From: a virus
Taxonomy: Duplodnaviria > Caudoviricetes
Virus record (IMG/VR): IMGVR_UViG_3300046167_000270
Span: 1 to 61,974 of that record
Length of the DNA: 61,974 nt
Direction: 5' to 3' (one strand)
Shown one piece after another: positions 58,187 to 61,974 of the stretch; positions within the stretch are counted from its first letter, which is position 1, and each line of letters opens with the position of its first letter. The notes under the pieces were generated by a model. The model searched no databases. It saw only the letters and a program-made list of their open reading frames with translations, and had not been told where the DNA came from. Made by a program: the position numbers and the translations under genes.

Positions 58187-59359
58187 CTATAACTGCTTAA
58201 ACTCTACGTCTATCATGCTATAGTCTACCATGTCATAACCACCTTTATCTACACTAACAGCTCTCCATGGAACTTCGTCTGACATAACACCTTGAAACTT
58301 ACCTGTACCGTAGTTCTTAGCATATTTGACTTTATATTGAAACTCGTATATGTTAATTCCACTTGGTGATTGACCTATAAGTTTGATGTTTTTCTTTAAT
58401 CTTCTATCACTACTAGTAACTGATGTAACAACACCGTCTTTTATTACAAATGTTAAAGAAGCAGAGTTGTTACCATTTCTAACTGTAAAGGTAGATGTTA
58501 TACCTGCTGAATTATCAGAAGATTTATACTTAGCTCTTATTGATCCTGTACCAACACTAGTGCCATCGTCTACAGTTACAGACGATCCATCTATTACTAT
58601 TTGAGGAGAAGAATCATTTGCTGGTCCTCTTAGTTTTAAAGAGCCACCTGTTCCGCCTCCTACAAAAGTAGTTTGACCATCTGATATTAAACAATATTCT
58701 GACCCTGTCATGCCTTGTGTTCCTAAAAAGCCATAATTACTTGACCCTGCCCAAATTCCTACTTCCATACCACCATCACTACCAGGAAACACTGTATTAC
58801 TACTAAATGTTTTAATACCTGCTACTGTTTGATTACCTGAAGTAAGAACCGCGTTTGTAGGTATTGAAGTGCTATTAAAAGCATTAGTACCTAAATCTTT
58901 TTTCTTAACTACTCCAGACTCTTCAAACAGAGCACTTACTGTTTCTTCACCTGCTGTTGCAATACTGCTTAATGTTAAAGTATTAACGTAAGAACCTGTT
59001 GAATAAATATCACCCCATGGCCTAGTTGATGATCCTAAATCTAATTTGTTATTGTTTGTACCTACACTGTGAAAGTTAGTACCTTCTATTTTTACACCAT
59101 CATAATTATTACCATTAACATATATTTGACCATCTTCGTCTAAAGTTAATTTAGTGTTACTTGTATCTGCTCTAACAACAATTTTTGCTGTTGAAGCTCT
59201 AGATGCAATTGTCAGTGTTGGATCTCCATTAGTGTAATCGAATACAAGCCTACCTGGTTGATCTTTATCTGGTTCGTTAATTGTAAAGGCATCGCCACTA
59301 TCTAAGTTTATAGTGGCGGCACCGTTAATTGATATTCCATCTAAAAATGTTACTGCCAT
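58187..59359 (-). CDS. Tail fibre/spike with C-terminal intramolecular chaperone (peptidase S74)
   Basis: GNQTVAGIKTF, SDRRLKKNI. Confidence 0.85.
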   Translation of the reverse strand: MAVTFLDGISINGAATINLDSGDAFTINEPDKDQPGRLVFDYTNGDPTLTIASRASTAKIVVRADTSNTKLTLDEDGQIYVNGNNYDGVKIEGTNFHSVGTNNNKLDLGSSTRPWGDIYSTGSYVNTLTLSSIATAGEETVSALFEESGVVKKKDLGTNAFNSTSIPTNAVLTSGNQTVAGIKTFSSNTVFPGSDGGMEVGIWAGSSNYGFLGTQGMTGSEYCLISDGQTTFVGGGTGGSLKLRGPANDSSPQIVIDGSSVTVDDGTSVGTGSIRAKYKSSDNSAGITSTFTVRNGNNSASLTFVIKDGVVTSVTSSDRRLKKNIKLIGQSPSGINIYEFQYKVKYAKNYGTGKFQGVMSDEVPWRAVSVDKGGYDMVDYSMIDVEFKQL

Positions 59360-59385
59360 TTAATTTAATTTTATTTTATTTTATT

Positions 59386-61083
59386 TTATCCTACGTTGTT
59401 AATTAAGCATCTTATATTAGCTGAAGCAGCTGTTGTAACTACTACTTGATTAACACTTGTTCTATCTACAGAAGCATATACTGTTTCGTAGTTTGAAGCA
59501 TCGTATACTTGAACTATAACATCGTAAGTATTAAGGTTATGGTTAAAAGTATGGGTAGTTCCAGAAGAACTAGTACCTGCAAAGCCTTGTGAAAGACCGG
59601 CTTGGAAGTAAGTTTTTAACGTGCTTAACTCAATAGATTTTTGCTCAAAGCCCGTCATATCTAGTATGGCCATTCTATCCGCGTCTACTATAGCGTTGCT
59701 TATTAAGCTTAAATTCTTTATAGACCAACCTATTGTCGCTGTACCAGCAGAGTAAGCAACAGCCATACCCGCTGTGGATGCAGAGTTATTAGCCGCAACA
59801 TTACCAATACCAACTGTAGTAGCAGTTGCTAAACCAACATTATTTTGAACAGTTACCCAATCAGCTAAAGTTGTTGGAGCATCGCTTTGGGCAAATAAGA
59901 AATCACCAACTTCAACAGTTTCAGTAAAGAAACTACCAGCAGCTGTTACAACATATGCCCAACCTTTTTTAATACTTGATGATGGACTTGAGTCAAGATC
60001 TGGTGTATTAGTAGCAGCGTCATAACCGCCTTGAAATACTAAGTTACCAACTACAGCATTGTCAACATATGTTTTATTTACTGCATCTGTACCAGCTGAA
60101 ACTGTGTCTATGCCTTGAATACGACCTGTACCACCTAAAGTTATATCACCACCACTAACAGTTAAGTCTCCAGCTAAAGTTACATTATCTGGTAAACCTA
60201 TTGCTAAAACACCACTAGTTGGTTGGGTAATTTGAACTTCATTAGTTGTTCCTGCAAAGTTTACAGCATCAGTAGAACCATCACTACCAGTAAGTGTTAT
60301 GGCACCGGTGTTTGCAGCTACCAACGACGTAGGTAAAGTATAAGTAGTATTAGTATCTGAACCACTAGAAGCAGAAGTTATTAGACCTTTTGCATTAACT
60401 GTAATACTTGCATTAGTATAAGAAGCTGCTGTAACACCACTATCAGCAATACCAATAGTATAGTTAGCAGCATCATTACTTCCAGCTAATGAAATATCCA
60501 TATTACTACCTGGCTTTATTGTTAAATCACCACCTTGACCTATAGTAAATGGCCCTGTGGCTCCGCCAAATATATTAGCGTTCCAGCTAGTCATACCAGA
60601 AGTATCGGTCCAAGGTACATTAACCACACCTTGGCCAGCGGAGTTTAATTGTAAACCATAAGTTCTACTAGCTGTAGTTGTTACTGAATTAGCTGCTACT
60701 GATTGATCTGTGTCAGAGAATAATTCTATACCACCTCTCGCTGTTGCGGTTGCTTCAGCTACGTTAAAAGTCATTGTTCTGGTTCCTACTCCAGCTGCTA
60801 AAGATGTGCTTAGTCCAGTACCACCAGCAAAGTCAACTGTCTCGCCATTTGAAACTGTTAGTGAGCTTGAGCCGCCATCTCCTACTATTGACCAACTTGT
60901 ATAACTACCAGCTGATGGATCTACCCAATCTGAACCGTTATAGAACTTAAATACGTTCGATGATGAGTTATATATAATATCTCCTGCTACTGCAGAGCCA
61001 GGATCTGATGCTAAAACCTGTAATCTAGCGTTTAATAACTGATTGCCGTTAAGGTCTAAGTTGTTTAAAAAATTTACTGCCAT
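59386..61083 (-). CDS. Tail fibre protein
   Basis: G/S/T-rich; DAVNKTYVD; FQGGYDAATNTP. Confidence 0.85.
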   Translation of the reverse strand: MAVNFLNNLDLNGNQLLNARLQVLASDPGSAVAGDIIYNSSSNVFKFYNGSDWVDPSAGSYTSWSIVGDGGSSSLTVSNGETVDFAGGTGLSTSLAAGVGTRTMTFNVAEATATARGGIELFSDTDQSVAANSVTTTASRTYGLQLNSAGQGVVNVPWTDTSGMTSWNANIFGGATGPFTIGQGGDLTIKPGSNMDISLAGSNDAANYTIGIADSGVTAASYTNASITVNAKGLITSASSGSDTNTTYTLPTSLVAANTGAITLTGSDGSTDAVNFAGTTNEVQITQPTSGVLAIGLPDNVTLAGDLTVSGGDITLGGTGRIQGIDTVSAGTDAVNKTYVDNAVVGNLVFQGGYDAATNTPDLDSSPSSSIKKGWAYVVTAAGSFFTETVEVGDFLFAQSDAPTTLADWVTVQNNVGLATATTVGIGNVAANNSASTAGMAVAYSAGTATIGWSIKNLSLISNAIVDADRMAILDMTGFEQKSIELSTLKTYFQAGLSQGFAGTSSSGTTHTFNHNLNTYDVIVQVYDASNYETVYASVDRTSVNQVVVTTAASANIRCLINNVG

Positions 61084-61087
61084 GTTG

Positions 61088-61426
61088 TTAGTTTAAAAAT
61101 GCTTTCCCTGAAAAAGGAGCGCTAAATCGTATTGTTATTTGGTTTTTTGAATCGTAAGTTATATCTCCTATGTTAACATTTAGTCCAGAATCAACAACTG
61201 TTGCGCTAGGATATTTGTCTAAGTTGTGTGGTATCACCCAAGTGTCAGATACGGAATCTTGTACCCAAACATAAGTACCTTGAGCTACCACAAAATCTGA
61301 TATAAACCCTACTGTAGTTCGTTTTGTCTTAAAATTTGGATTATTACTTTCTGCATCCGAAATTATGATCTCATCATTTTTGTTTAATGGTTTATCTTTT
61401 AACGGATATGTAGTAATTATCGCCAT
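61088..61426 (-). CDS. Fibre-associated structural protein
   Basis: WVIPHNLDKYP module resembling the C-terminus of 59386..61083. Confidence 0.7.
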   Translation of the reverse strand: MAIITTYPLKDKPLNKNDEIIISDAESNNPNFKTKRTTVGFISDFVVAQGTYVWVQDSVSDTWVIPHNLDKYPSATVVDSGLNVNIGDITYDSKNQITIRFSAPFSGKAFLN

Positions 61427-61544
61427 TTATAGTATTTTTTTAGTATTTTATGCCATTATGGCCTTATTTATAAGAGATTACAGAATATTACTCATTTTTA
61501 CCTGTATTTACATTGTATATTTACAGGCTAATTGTAGACTAAGG

Positions 61545-61588
61545 GTGACAAATGCCCTTTATTAGTAGCTTTAATAGGCTAATGTCAC
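61545..61588. promoter_or_regulatory. GTGACA-N32-TGTCAC site beside the right DTR
   Basis: Same geometry as 7459-7502. Confidence 0.65.
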
Positions 61589-61619
61589 TGTTTTATTAAA
61601 AATATAGGAGTAAAGTACT

Positions 61620-61974
61620 ATACCCCCACAATTATATTTTGTATTTTGTTTACAAATCGCATTTTTGTTTTGCGGGTTGGCCGGCTTTTATAGTTTTGTT
61701 TTGCATACCTCAACGTTTTCAATGCATTATTGTGTATTTATTTTGACGTTTTACTTTTTACTATTTATATACTACATACTTAATACGATGCGTCATAGAT
61801 AATATAGTATAAACAATAAAACAAATAACAAATTAAATAAATAACTATGAAACTATTAATAATAACTTTAACATCACTAATAACATTGATAACTTATAAT
61901 GTAATTACTCACGGAATTATCACTTACATATCATTCAATGGAATTTAAAATGTAAATTACAGAGAATTCATGTG
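61620..61974. repeat. Right direct terminal repeat
   Basis: Copy of 1-353, including the class I promoter at 61775-61804. Confidence 0.95.

Noticed and set aside
364-61565. Many antisense or nested ORFs in the track (e.g. 364..552, 5338..5637, 17121..17478, 45323..46255, 50275..50709, 61365..61565)
   Set aside because: They shadow well-supported genes or terminators and lack start context and motifs
1-61974. Integrase, canonical tRNA genes, introns, inteins, DGR
   Set aside because: No recognisable motifs seen; RNR, TerL and helicase are of ordinary length

Overview
This window appears to be a complete, very AT-rich, linear dsDNA tailed-phage genome with ~353-bp direct terminal repeats (1-353 / 61620-61974). 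A flavobacterial (Bacteroidota) host is inferred from the A-rich starts without Shine-Dalgarno sequences and a gene set resembling crAss-related/Cellulophaga phi38:1-type phages. The left arm (+ strand, to ~17.15 kb) carries many small early genes, then ATP-dependent ligase, a Rep-like HTH protein, a sigma70-family factor, ERF, RecE-like exonuclease, SSB, primase-helicase, a T4 gp42-like (dCMP-type) thymidylate-synthase homologue, MazG-like proteins, T7 endonuclease I-like resolvase and class II RNR. No DNA polymerase is recognisable. The right arm (- strand) carries fibres, a stand-alone nucleotidyltransferase, GroEL/GroES, Lys-rich SPxK proteins with a zincin, lysis genes, terminase, portal, scaffold, capsid, ring/muzzle proteins and ejection proteins, including a 2962-aa polyvalent protein. 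The two arms meet at a bidirectional terminator. Several left-arm genes contain single-base indels, probably long-read errors. The strongest unexplained signals are: (1) a three-copy covarying three-way-junction RNA placed a fixed 9 nt before start codons; (2) a 10-copy CARACTAAWTACGA-N9-GATAATA promoter plus a second promoter class; (3) a GTGACA-N32-TGTCAC site found over the HTH gene start and again beside the right DTR; (4) symmetric AAGTACT^A(T/C)AC sites at both DTR junctions; (5) probable cytosine modification; (6) two candidate protease-processed polyprotein systems; (7) a 13-aa CxxC-CxxC micropeptide. All functional calls come from motif recognition by eye; no searches were run.
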